Below, in pieces: positions 12,601 to 25,044 of a stretch of 64,000 nucleotides of DNA. The notes under the pieces are model-generated. The model made no database searches. It saw nothing but the letters and a program-made list of their open reading frames with translations, and was not told the DNA's origin. Source of the DNA: Macrostomum hystrix (taxonomy: Eukaryota > Animalia > Platyhelminthes); the NCBI GenBank assembly GCA_950097015.1, contig CATNEN010000013.1, forward strand, positions 855,895 to 919,894, read 5' to 3'. The position numbers and the translations under genes are program-made. The stretch's first letter is position 1. Every line of letters starts with the position of its first letter.

Positions 12601-14278
12601 CTTTAATGACCTTCAGGTGAACACAATCTAAAGAACGTCAGGTGAACATAATCTAAAGAACGTCAGGTGTACACTATCTAAAAACCATCAGGTGTACGCT
12701 ATCTAAAAACCATCAGGTGTACACCAAGGACCACTAGGAATTACATATATAAGTTAAGTTGTCCTTGGTGTACACTATCTAAAAACCGTCAGGTGTACAC
12801 TATCTAAAAACCGTCAGGTGTACACTATCTAAAAACCGTCAGGTGTACACTATCTAAAAACCGTCAGGTGTACACTATCTAAAAACCGTCAGGTGTACAC
12901 TATCTAAAAACCGTCAGGTGTACACTATCTAAAAACCGTCAGGTGTACACTATCTAAAAACCGTCAGGTGTACACTATCTAAAAACCGTCAGGTGTACAC
13001 TATCTAAAAACCGTCAGGTGTACACTATCTAATCACGCGGTAGCGAATCCCAATAGAATCTCACAATATTGGGCTTGGCAGACCAGCCAGGTCTTCGCTC
13101 CCTGGCAAAATCTCTGTAGGTCTTCACTGCCATCAGGAGGCTCTCGGTTCCGCCCGAGGTGACATTGCCCCGCGCTCCAGTCCCGGCGTGCAGCATGCCG
13201 GCGGTCATCTGGACGAGTTCCACTTCGAAGCGGCGCAGCGCGGCAAACAGTGTCGGATTGAGGGCATTCTCATGCATGAATGCGCGCATGTACTCGGCCA
13301 CAACCTGGCGCTGATCGGCCGTCAGGCTGCCAGCCAGCTCGGCGGCGTCCTCGGACACGAAGTCCAACGCTGCGCGCTCCTGAGCGGCGGCCAGGGCTCG
13401 GCCGAGAACTTCGACAGCCTCGGAGTAGACGTAGGCGAACATTCGATCGGTTTTGTGAGTTCGCAGGGACTCCACCTGGGCCAGGAGCTGCTGGGGATCT
13501 TCGCCTGCGGTTTGTGCAATGATGCTACTATTTTTAGAAGTGAATTTGTGGGGAATCCCTTTTTAATCGACCAAGCACGTGACTTGACCATAGAAAATTT
13601 CTATTAGGTCGATTACCAAAAAAAACGGTGTAAGTTGAGTGTACTTAAGGCATTTAGCAACCTTAATGTCTTAATGTTATCCCATTGATGTCTCAATGTT
13701 ATCCCATTGATGTCTCAATGTTATCCCACTGATGTCTCAATGTTATCCCATTGATGTCTCAATGTTATCCCACTGATGTCTCAATGTTATCCCATTGATG
13801 TCTCAATGTTATCCCACTGATGTCTCAATGTTATCCCATTGATGTCTCAATGTTATCCCACTGATGTCTCAATGTTATCCCATTGATGTCTCAATGTTAT
13901 CCCATTGATGTCTCAATGTTATCCCATTGATGTCTCAATGTTATCCCATTGATGTCTCAATGTTATCACCCCAGTCTCAGTGTTATCCCCTCAGTATTGA
14001 TGACCCAGATGGGATTTGAATCCCTCACCTTTCTCTGGAATCTGCACCGGCTGCGGCCCGCCAGCCTTGATGCCGAGGTCCTCGGAGATGATGCGAGCCG
14101 CCTGTTGGCGAAGGCCTGCTGAAATGGCTCTGCGAAGCGCCGGCACCTTCCGCACACTGTCCAGGATGAATGCGATGGGACCGTCGTACCAGACTCTGAC
14201 AGCCGCCAGCAAGAACAGAACGGTGGCGACGGCCTTCACCGTCAGCTCGACCAGGGCAGCCAGCACAGCAAAGCTCAT
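9662..14278 (-). CDS. SGPL1: Sphingosine-1-phosphate lyase family (PLP-dependent group II decarboxylase fold), 8 exons, 545 aa
   Basis: Exons on minus strand: 14278-14029, 13504-13065, 12026-11755, 11524-11425, 10623-10387, 10294-10192, 9993-9875, 9778-9662. All introns are GT-AG with consistent phases; the total is 1638 nt, ending in TGA. Motifs: N-terminal hydrophobic segment, [51 protein letters not shown] lysine in [40 protein letters not shown]. Confidence 0.95.
10752..11050. repeat. 15-bp minisatellite (GTTTCCAGAGGGGAA) in SGPL intron 4
   Basis: Direct tandem periodicity of 15. Confidence 0.95.
11150..11390 (+). mobile_element. tRNA-derived SINE (family 2) in SGPL intron 4
   Basis: tRNA-like head with A-box-like GCAGCCTAGTG and B box GGTTCGATCC (11209-11218); central GTGTCCTT...AAAATGGGTACCTG; AT-rich TATTATT tail; diverged homologues at 18662-18770 and 7935-7990. 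Confidence 0.6.
12340..13031. repeat. 25-bp minisatellite (TACACTATCTAAAAACCGTCAGGTG) in SGPL intron 2
   Basis: Direct periodicity of 25; degenerate on the left, homogeneous over 12770-13031. Confidence 0.95.
12725..12767. mobile_element. 43-bp hAT-like minimal element with 8-bp TSD
   Basis: Ends CAAGGACCACT...AGTTGTCCTTG (11-bp TIR, 1 mismatch), flanked by direct repeat GTGTACAC at 12717-12724 and 12768-12775; interrupts the 25-mer array. Confidence 0.7.
13675..13965. repeat. 22-bp minisatellite (TGATGTCTCAATGTTATCCCAT) in SGPL intron 1
   Basis: Direct periodicity of 22. Confidence 0.95.
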
Positions 14279-14611
14279 TGTGGTTGTTATTTCCGTATTT
14301 TTCTCTTTTTTCTTCTTCTTCTGAGTCTATTCTGAGTGAGTCTCGACTCAAACCCATTAGGCGTCAGTAAATATTCGTTTTGAGCATACTTTCAAACCAG
14401 GTGTACACAGCCTGTACAGTCCTGCTCTTGCCTGACCCTTGGCCTGAGGAGGTGGGGTTAGACTGTACACTTTGAGCTGTCTCCATTCGCATGCGACTCG
14501 GAGTTGTTTGTGATTCAATTAAAAAATTCTTATCGATAGAGAGAAATTTAATTCAGCCAAGGTGGAGATCATTTGTCTGCCTCAACTTGTTATAGGTGTT
14601 AGCAAAGGCGC

Positions 14612-14930
14612 TGCTAATTGCTCTGCCTAATTAAATACGATGAAAGGTATCAGCACAGGTGATGCTAATTGCTCTGCCTAATTAAATACGATGAAAGGTA
14701 TCAGCACAGGTGATGCTAATTGCTCTGCCTAATTAAACACGATGAAAGGTATCAGCACAGGTGATGCTAATTGCTCTGCCTAATTAAATACGATGAAAGG
14801 TATCAGCACAGGTGATGCTAATTGCTCTGCCTAATTAAACACGATGAAAGGTATCAGCACAGGTGATGCTAATTGCTCTGCCTAATTAAACACGATGAAA
14901 GGTATCAGCACAGGTGATGCTAATTGCACT
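14612..14930. repeat. 51-bp tandem repeat, about 6 copies, upstream of SGPL
   Basis: GCTAATTGCTCTGCCTAATTAAATACGATGAAAGGTATCAGCACAGGTGAT repeated. Confidence 0.95.
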
Positions 14931-16152
14931 GCCACACTTGATACGATTAGAGGTGTTAGCAATGATGATGTTTAATCGCCCTGTCTCATTAAATACGATG
15001 AAAGGCATCATCAGTACAGGTAAAATTGATCAATTTTTCTCGACGATATTGGGTCAGGTTGAGTTATTTTGATTTATAAAAATTAAAAATATTTGAGATA
15101 ATATTTGAGATTACATTTGAGAAAGTAATTATCAAGCGGTTTAAAATACCGGCCGATAATTTAAGGCCAAAAGATTGACTTGAAACAATGGGCTTATTTT
15201 ATCTATAGTAAAGTGATTTTCTAATTGTTACTGCACTGTATATTTCATTTTTTCCCCAGGAAAAAATAGATAAACGATTCACAATCTACAAAGAAAGATA
15301 GAAATAATGATGCATAACTTAGTTGTACCAGATGGCGATTCTGCAACCACTGGACAATAATCTCTACAATATTCAAGCCACTTTCTAAACTGGTATTGTA
15401 AAACGCATGGCAGGTATTAATTACTCACCAACAGGCACTATTCCGAGCTCAGTAGCTTAAGACCCGGCCTGACTTTGATAACTGCTCAGGAGCCATCGCC
15501 TACACGCACAGGCTTGGTCAGTTTGACCAGATTTTACCTGGCTCTCAAGAGCAGCAATCAAAAACTGACCGATGGGGCCACAATTTGAAGAAAATTGAGC
15601 AAATTTTCAGATTGTCTCAGTTGAGCACTCGGCAGGGTTTTATGCCCCTAGGCATTGGCAAGCACTTCCGGTGAGGTGGCTCTGCGGCCTTATCACCCAC
15701 ACCCCTCCCCCAACCAGAGGTGAGAACAGCTCCGATTGAATGCTGGATTTCAAATGAGAGAAACAAAGAAATATTATGAAGGATTTCTTCTTTCCAAACG
15801 ATAAATAAACTGCTATTTTTTTCTCGCGCTAAATTCCCAACACGGGTGCTGACGTGGCGCCGTGAAGAAGAATGGGGGATACATTTGGGAGGTCCGTGGG
15901 CGGTTTCTGGGATTTGGTTTACGATTCCCAGCTCATCCGGTTGTTTTTGGAGTCGGGATTCGACCACCGGAGGTGACGACTCAGAGTAAGGCAGAATGAG
16001 AAATGAGATCTGACAGACCGGGCTGTTGTGATATTTTTATTTATTCGATAATGTGGTTTCTGCATTGTGTCTCTGCAGTACAGACACCTATTTAGATTAG
16101 CCTATCTATCTAGTTTCAGTCAAATATTCTCAGAATGAGTTAGAAAACTGCT

Positions 16153-16927
16153 GTCAGGAGAGTGCTTCGGAGTTGTCAGGAGAGTGCTCAAAATCTTTCA
16201 GGAGAGTGCTTGGAGAGTGCTTCGGAGTTGTCAGGAGAGTGCTCAAAATCTTTCAGGAGAGTGCTCAAAATCTTTCAGGAGAGTGCTCAAAATCTGTCAG
16301 GAGAGTGCTCAAAATCTGTCAGGAGAGTGCTCAAAATCTGTCAGGAGAGTGCTCAGAATCTGTCAGGAGAGTGCTCAAAATCTGTCAGGAGAGTGCTCAA
16401 AATCTGTCAGGAGAGTGCTCAGAATCTGTCAGGAGAGTGCTTAGAATCTGTCAGGAGAGTGCTCAGAATCTGTCAGGAGAGTGCTCAAAATCTGTCAGGA
16501 GAGTGCTCAAAATCTGTCAGGAGAGTGCTCAAAATCTGTCAGGAGAGTGCTCAAAATCTGTCAGGAGAGTGCTCAAAATCTGTCAGGAGAGTGCTCAAAA
16601 TCTGTCAGGAGAGTGCTCAGAATCTGTCAGGAGAGTGCTTAGAATCTGTCAGGAGAGTGCTCAGAATCTGTCAGGAGAGTGCTCAAAATCTGTCAGGAGA
16701 GTGCTCAAAATCTTTCAGGAGAGTGCTCAAAATCTTTCAGGAGAGTGCTTGGAGAGTGCTTCGGAGTTGTCAGGAGAGTGCTCAAAATCTGTCAGGAGAG
16801 TGCTCAAAATCTGTCAGGAGAGTGCTCAAAATCTTTCAGGAGAGTGCTTGGAGAGTGCTTCGGAGTTGTCAGAAGAGTGCTCAAAATCTGTCAGGAGAGT
16901 GCTCAAAATCTGTCTGGAGAGTGCTCA
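16153..16927. repeat. 22-bp minisatellite (TCAGGAGAGTGCTCAAAATCTG)
   Basis: Direct periodicity of 22; the overlapping ORFs are repeat translations. Confidence 0.95.
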
Positions 16928-17039
16928 GATGGCTGCAAATTCGTTTATACTGCCAATTGAAAGCTAATCTAAGAAAACACGGATGTTCTGTTTAACAAAC
17001 AAAAGACAGTATTTCGATTCCATCAAGCGCAAATCTCGT

Positions 17040-17480
17040 CAAGGACCACTGGGTCTAGTAGTTGTCGCTGACTGGCCATCTGAAATGAAAGCGGTGGGCG
17101 CGACTAGCCGGGCCTTGAACAAAATCAACTTTTTTCGCATTGATTTTCTTTAGTCTCTACTAATCTCTACTAAAAGTAGGCACAAATGAGAAAGCATGAA
17201 ATTTTTTTTTGTTAAACAAATATGGATTCGCCGTCGAGGTTTATACAGAGCAATGTCAGTTGTCCTTGTCACCAGGGTTTTCGACAAGAATTGCTTGTGT
17301 TACCGGACACCGGTAACACCGGTATTACACCGGTGTAATGCTGACACCGGACGGCTTTGAAAGTTCATCGTAAAGGGGCGGAAAACTTGGATTTATAGCG
17401 ACTTTCACAAACAATCTGTCATTAGATTTGGGACCTATCGTGAAATAGGCAGTGCGAATTTGAACGGCCCCGTTGTCTTT
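17040..17480. mobile_element. Probable non-autonomous DNA transposon fragment(s), hAT-like
   Basis: CAAGGACCACT (17040) ... AGTTGTCCTTG (to 17268) are the same ends as the 12725 element. ACACCGG motifs cluster at 17300-17352. 17235-17480 is homologous to 29121-29290. No TSD seen. Confidence 0.45.
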
Positions 17481-18018
17481 CCCCAATGGGGAAAATAGCT
17501 CACCTTCGCTAGCCAGCCGGCGTGTCAGCCAGCGAACATCAGCGGGCAGCAGGGACCAGTCGGACTTCCTGGCTGCGTCTCGCTGACGAGTTAGTTGAAC
17601 AGCCAGCATGGCGACGAAGTTTGTGCGGCTGATACGACCGCTGGCTGTAAAATGATTGGTTGCGTGATAGACCATGGACTCTAGCGAGACTGCATAGCAA
17701 CCAAAATGAGGTTTTACCTACCTCGATCTGCAAACAGGCCTATCCATTCAGATGGTCTGTCATGGCAGCCGTCAAAGCCGAGCTTCGAGAACGCGTCAGC
17801 AAGACCTTCTGGCTGAAGCTGATTACGACCGGGCAAGCTTCGAAACACAGATTCTGCAACTAAAGTTAAAATAATTATAATCGTCTCAGATTAGTATGAT
17901 TACTAACTAATTCAGATTATCCAGCAAAGACTGACCGCTAAGCCATTCCTCTGAAATGGGACATTCGTCAATTAGAAGATCCTGAAATTATTGCATGCTG
18001 CATTGTGAAATCTACTGA

Positions 18019-18370
18019 CAGTCACTCTGACAACTAGAAACAGTCACTCTAACAACTAGAAACAGTCACTCTGACAACTCGAAACAGTCACTCTGACACT
18101 TAAAAACAGTCACTCTAACAACTAGAAACAGTCACTATAACAACTAGAAACAGTCACTCTAACAACTAGAAACAGTCACTCTGACACTTAGAAACAGTCA
18201 CTCTAACAACTAGAAACAGTCACTATAACAACTAGAAACAGTCACTCTAACAACTAGAAACAGTCACTCTATAAACTAGAAACAGTCACTCTAACAACTA
18301 GAAACAGTCACTCCGACACCTAGAAAGAGTCACTCTGACAACTAGAAAGAGTCACTCTGACAACTAGAAA
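18019..18370. repeat. 22-bp minisatellite (CAGTCACTCTAACAACTAGAAA)
   Basis: Direct periodicity of 22. Confidence 0.95.
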
Positions 18371-18661
18371 CTTGACTCTCTCACCACCCGGGCCAGTCTC
18401 CCCTGTCCCTCTGCGTTTAGCCTAACTCGCCGACAACCGCGTCCACGACTGTACGACAGACAGTCCACAGACAGTCGGTCCAGTTCTGGCTTGGAGACAA
18501 CGATTGGCGGCTTGTCATACTCTGACAGGCACCGAGTTGAGACTGATGAAGTTGAATAATTGCTTGAGACCGTCGCCACCGCTTGCCTGTTAGTGAAAAT
18601 ATATGTACTTGATTGATAGATTGAGAATTTTCCGTGCCCAGTAAGGCCAGATGTACAGCCG

Positions 18662-18770
18662 CAGCAATTTCCCAGCGCCTCTAAACGCTGTGTACAGCTT
18701 CTCAGTCCATGGACAATTGACGCCGCAGCACACAACTAGATTTCTGCCCCAACTAATTCTGGTACCCACA
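18662..18770 (-). mobile_element. Diverged fragment of SINE family 2
   Basis: Minus strand GGGTACCAGAATTAGTTGGG...GGCGTC...GTCCATGGACTGAGAAGCTGTACACAGCG...AGAGGCGCTGGGAAATTGCT aligns colinearly with 11270-11355. Confidence 0.6.
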
Positions 18771-19289
18771 TTGATCCTATTAATGTTTTATTAATATAAA
18801 CCTGACTAAAATATTAATTAGAGATAATAAAATATTGAAAGACTTACACTTCAACAACAACTTTGCTGTGCGGCATCAAAGTTAATTTCTTGGAAAGATC
18901 GAATACACAATGAAAACCCGCTGCAATACGCTTTAGTGCTTGGCTGAATCTGCGGAACTGGGTATATTGTAGTTAGATAGAGTCTGTACCCGTAATTTAT
19001 ACAATGTGGAGATTTGGTATTTCACGAAACTAACGGTCTGTTGCGTTTGTGTTTACACTGCACCTGTCTCCGGGATGGACCGGAGGTAATGGGTCAAGTG
19101 GAACAGATCGAAATGGCGTTGACTTTCCAAGCAACCGGGGCTAACATAGGAGAAAGGTTGCTGTTTATTTATTCTTGTGATTTTCATCTGCATCGAGTGA
19201 AAGGAACTAAACTGACATTTCGCTCCCTTAGAATTGCATTGCCTCACTAAGCACTCTACTAGTTCACTCGGTACATTTCACTCCATTCT

Positions 19290-22200
19290 TCTTCACTTGT
19301 CACTCTTCTGAATATAACAATCAACTTACACTTCACTCTGTACTTGGCACTCTTCTGAATATAACAATCGCCTTACACTTCACTCTGTACTTGGCACTCT
19401 TCTGAATATAACAATCGCCTTACACTTCACTCTGTACTTGGCACTCTTCTGAATATAACAATCGCCTTACACTTCACTCTGTACTTGGCACTCTTCTGAA
19501 TATAACAATCGCCTTACAATTCACTCTGTACTTGTCACTCTTCTAATTATAACAATCGACTTACACTTCAGTCTGTACTTGTCACTCTTCTGAATATAAC
19601 AATCGACTTACACTTCACTCTGTACTTGTCACTCTTCGGAATCTAACAATCGCCTTACACTTCACTCTGTACTTGTCACTCTTCTGAATATAACAATCGC
19701 CTTACACTTCACTCTGTACTTGTCACTCTTCTGAATCTAACAATCGCCTTACACTTCACTCTGTACTTGTCCCTCTTCTGAATATAACAATCAACTTACA
19801 CTTCACTCTGTACTTGTTGTGACTTACACGTAAATTTAAGTGAGGCTTAAATAATGGTTGGTTGTTGGTGCGATTAGAAATCCTTGCGGCGGTCCGAGAG
19901 CCAGCGGGTCAAGAATATATAGCCAGAAGTCTCGTAACCAATTTTATTGATTTTATTATAGCGAGATAACAATGGGGGAGCTGAGCGTACATTGTAGAGA
20001 GAAAGATAAGAGACGAGCGATCGAGAGGGGTGGCGAACACGGGGGGGTTGAGGCGTACATTAGAGAAAAGGTGGGCAGGCAGCGAAGATACGAGTAATGC
20101 ATGAGGGGGTCCAGTGCAGGCGCACTTCATGATAATTTAGCGACAGTACTTGTCACTCTTCGGAATCTAACAATCAACTTACACTTCACTCTGTACTTGT
20201 CACTCTTCTGAATATAACAATCGCCTTACACTTCACTCTGTACTTGTCACTCTTCTGAACATAACAATCGCCTTACACTTCACTCTGTACTTGGCACTCT
20301 TCTGAATATAACAATCGCCTTACACTTCACTCTGTACTTGTCACTCTTCTGAATATAACAATCGCCTTACACTTCACTCTGTACTTGTCACTCTTCTGAA
20401 TATAACAATCGCCTTACACTTCACTCTGTACTTGTCACTCTTCTGAGTATAACAATCGCCTTACACTTCACTCTGTATTTGTCACTCTTCTGAATATAAC
20501 AATCGCCTTACACTTCACTCTGTACTTGTCACTCTTCGGAATCTAACAATCAACTTACACTTCACTCTGTACTTGTCACTCTTCGGAATCTAACAATCGC
20601 CTTACACTTCACTCTGTACTTGGCACTCTTCTGAATATAACAATCGCCTTACACTTCACTCTGTACTTGTCACTCTTCGGAATCTAACAATCGCCTTACA
20701 CTTCACTCTGTACTTGTCACTCTTCTGAATATAACAATCGCCTTACACTTCACTCTGTACTTGTCACTCTTCTGAATATAACAATCGCCTTACACTTCAA
20801 TCTGTACTTGTCACTGTTCTGAATCTAACAATCGCCTTACACTTCACTCTGTACTTGTCACTCTTCTGAATATAACAATCGCCTTACACTTCACTCTGTA
20901 CTTGTCACTCTTCTGAATATAACAATCGCCTTACACTTCACTCTGTACTTGTCACTCTTCTGAATCTAACAATCGCCTTACACTTCACTCTGTACTTGTC
21001 ACTCTTCTGAATATAACAATCGCCTTACACTTCACTCTGTACTTGGCACTCTTCTGAATATAACAATCGCCTTACACTTCACTCTGTACTTGTCACTCTT
21101 CTAATTATAACAATCGACTTACACTTCAGTCTGTACTTGTCACTCTTCTGAATATAACAATCGACTTACACTTCAGTCTGTACTTGTCACTCTTCTGAAT
21201 ATAACAATCGCCTTACACTTCACTCTGTACTTGTCACTCTTCGGAATCTAACAATCGCCTTACACTTCACTCTGTACTTGTCACTCTTCTGAATATAACA
21301 ATCAACTTACACTTCACTCTGTACTTGTCACTCTTCGGAATCTAACAATCAACTTACACTTCACTCTGTACTTGGCACTCTTCTGAATATAACAATCGCC
21401 TTACACTTCACTCTGTACTTGTCACTCTTCTGAATATAACAATCAACTTACACTTCACTCTGTACTTGTCACTCTTCGGAATCTAACAATCAACTTACAC
21501 TTCACTCTGTACTTGTCACTCTTCTGAATATAACAATCGCCTTACACTTCACTCTGTACTTGTCACTCTTCGGAATCTAACAATCAACTTACACTTCACT
21601 CTGTACTTGTCACTCTTCGGAATCTAACAATCGCCTTACACTTCACTCTGTACTTGGCACTCTTCTGAATATAACAATCGCCTTACACTTCACTCTGTAC
21701 TTGTCACTCTTCGGAATCTAACAATCGCCTTACACTTCACTCTGTACTTGTCACTCTTCTGAATATAACAATCGCCTTACACTTCACTCTGTACTTGTCA
21801 CTCTTCTGAATCTAACAATCGCCTTACACTTCACTCTGTACTTGTCACTCTTCTGAATATAACAATCGCCTTACACTTCACTCTGTACTTGGCACTCTTC
21901 TGAATATAACAATCGCCTTACACTTCACTCTGTACTTGTCACTCTTCTAATTATAACAATCGACTTACACTTCAGTCTGTACTTGTCACTCTTCTGAATA
22001 TAACAATCGACTTACACTTCAGTCTGTACTTGTCACTCTTCTGAATATAACAATCGCCTTACACTTCACTCTGTACTTGTCACTCTTCGGAATCTAACAA
22101 TCGCCTTACACTTCACTCTGTACTTGTCACTCTTCTGAATATAACAATCAACTTACACTTCACTCTGTACTTGTCACTCTTCGGAATCTAACAATCAACT

Positions 22201-23750
22201 TACACTTCACTCTGTACTTGGCACTCTTCTGAATATAACAATCGCCTTACACTTCACTCTGTACTTGTCACTCTTCTGAATATAACAATCAACTTACACT
22301 TCACTCTGTACTTGTCACTCTTCGGAATCTAACAATCAACTTACACTTCACTCTGTACTTGTCACTCTTCTGAATATAACAATCGCCTTACACTTCACTC
22401 TGTACTTGTCACTCTTCGGAATCTAACAATCAACTTACACTTCACTCTGTACTTGTCACTCTTCGGAATCTAACAATCGCCTTACACTTCACTCTGTACT
22501 TGGCACTCTTCTGAATATAACAATCGCCTTACACTTCACTCTGTACTTGTCACTCTTCGGAATCTAACAATCGCCTTACACTTCACTCTGTACTTGTCAC
22601 TCTTCTGAATATAACAATCGCCTTACACTTCACTCTGTACTTGGCACTCTTCTGAATATAACAATCGCCTTACACTTCACTCTGTACTTGTCACTCTTCG
22701 GAATCTAACAATCGCCTTACACTTCACTCTGTACTTGTCACTCTTCTGAATATAACAATCGCCTTACACTTCACTCTGTACTTGTCACTCTTCTGAATAT
22801 AACAATCGCCTTACACTTCACTCTGTACTTGTCACTGTTCTGAATCTAACAATCGCCTTACACTTCACTCTGTACTTGTCACTCTTCTGAATATAACAAT
22901 CGCCTTACACTTCACTCTGTACTTGTCACTCTTCTGAATATAACAATCGCCTTACACTTCACTCTGTACTTGGCACTCTTCTGAATCTAACAATCGCCTT
23001 ACACTTCACTCTGTACTTGTCACTGTTCTGAATCTAACAATCGCCTTACACTTCACTCTGTACTTGTCACTCTTCTGAATATAACAATCGCCTTACACTT
23101 CACTCTGTACTTGTCACTCTTCTGAATATAACAATCGCCTTACACTTCACTCTGTACTTGGCACTCTTCTGAATCTAACAATCGCCTTACACTTCACTCT
23201 GTACTTGTCACTCTTCTGAATATAACAATCGCCTTACACTTCACTCTGTACTTGTCACTCTTCTGAATATAACAATCGCCTTACACTTCACTCTGTACTT
23301 GTCACTCTTCTGAATATAACAATCGCCTTACACTTCACTCTGTACTTGTCACTCTTCTGAATCTAACAATCGCCTTACACTTCACTCTGTACTTGTCAGT
23401 CTTCTTACAATCAATCGCCTTACACTTCACTCTGTACTTGTCACTCTTCTGAACATAACAATCGCCTTACACTTCACTCTGTACTTGTCACTCTTCTGAA
23501 CATAACAATCGCCTTACACTTCACTCTGTACTTGTCACTCTTCTGAACATAACAATCGCCTTACACTTCACTCTGTACTTGTCACTCTTCTGAGTATAAC
23601 AATCGCCTTACACTTCACTCTGTACTTGTCACTCTTCTTACAATCAATCGCCTTACACTTCACTCTGTACTTGTCACTCTTCTTACAATCAATCGCCCTA
23701 CACTTCACTCTGTACTTGTCACTCTTCTAAATAAATCACACTCTACTTGT
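19290..23750. repeat. 47-bp satellite (TACTTGTCACTCTTCTGAATATAACAATCGCCTTACACTTCACTCTG), interrupted by a solo LTR
   Basis: Direct periodicity of 47. Confidence 0.97.
19815..20145 (-). mobile_element. Solo LTR, 331 bp, 5-bp TSD GTACT
   Basis: TGT...ACA termini (minus strand TGTCGCTA...GTCACAACA); GTACT at 19810-19814 and 20146-20150; two AATAAA on the minus strand; satellite register resumes exactly after the insert. Confidence 0.9.
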
Positions 23751-25044
23751 CACTCAAAATCTTAAACATTTAGTCTAACGATTCACAAGGAAAATTTGAT
23801 GCTTTTCTATTGCACTACTAACAGTAGTCTGATAAGTAGCAAGCACTGTAAGACAGCGTAAAAAAGCCCGTTTTTGAAGCTCTCTGTTCAGGGGGCACGG
23901 CATAAGGCAAAAGTGAAATTTCAATGTCTACCAATTTCATTGGCTTCTATATTCCGAAGAGGAAAATCAAACAGCGAAAATGACAGGCATAACTGACCGA
24001 GGGGGGCACGCAGTGGTGCTGAGTGATTTGGGGATAAAGATATGGGATCTGCGGGAGGTGGGCGATTCTAGGGTCAAATTTTAAGCGCCCACTTTCTATT
24101 TAATATTTCATATTTTTAGCCCAACCGATTCGCGCAAAAACTCGACAGGGGGTTGTCTTAACTTTAAGCTGGCCCTGTGGTGTTTTAAGCGATTGCTCAC
24201 CCAAAGGTCGGCTTTTAATTAAATATTTCTGTGCCCCTCTTATAAATCTGCTTTAAAGAATTTGAAAGCAATGGCTATAGGTCTTCAATGTGGACAATTG
24301 TGCAGGAAATTCGTCACACTCGATATAAGCGAAGGAATTTGAAGAATTGATTGTTAAATTTTTAACAGGACAGAAGTTTGAGAGGGCGAATGAGGAAATT
24401 CACCAAACACTTCCCCCTTCTGTTCAATCAATAAATATTGCATCTAGTACAAAAAATATTCCCATTTAAGCGTTTAATTATCGTATATATTTGAAGCATA
24501 TGTTTCCACTTATTGTTTATACCGATTTCAAGTCCAACATATGTTCATTACTTTTCAGTTAGAAATGAACAGAAATTCCTTTCACATCTCATCCACGCAC
24601 ATGGCTATTCGCTCTGGGGTTTCATCGAATTATGAAAAAAAATAGCCTATGGCAACTTTTCGCTATCAGCCGCTGGCATCAGTTCCGCCAAATGTCGATG
24701 AGTTTTTTAGGCCTTCCAGCCTGTCTGTCTGTCTGTTCCTCTGTTTCATAGTCCATGAGGCTGTGTTGAGTTGGTTGTGAAATGAAACACAGGAAATTTG
24801 AGATGGTATTAGGCTCTTCTAGGAGACAAAAAGTCGGATTTTAATTAATGAATTAATTAGCGATGCTGTGCCTATCGGATTGGAAATCAGCTCACCGGAT
24901 AGCGACAATGCATTTGAGTTTGAAGCTTTGCCAATTCAACAGTTCGCTGAATGCTAAATAAATGCCTCTAGGAGAATAGATGCAGATAAGAGATTGACTG
25001 GAAAGTATAAGCAGTGTGAAGCGAGTGAATTCAGTGGGATGAAG

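Noticed and set aside
16162-16995. CQESAQNLSGECSK repeat ORFs
   Set aside because: 22-bp minisatellite, open in several frames by chance.
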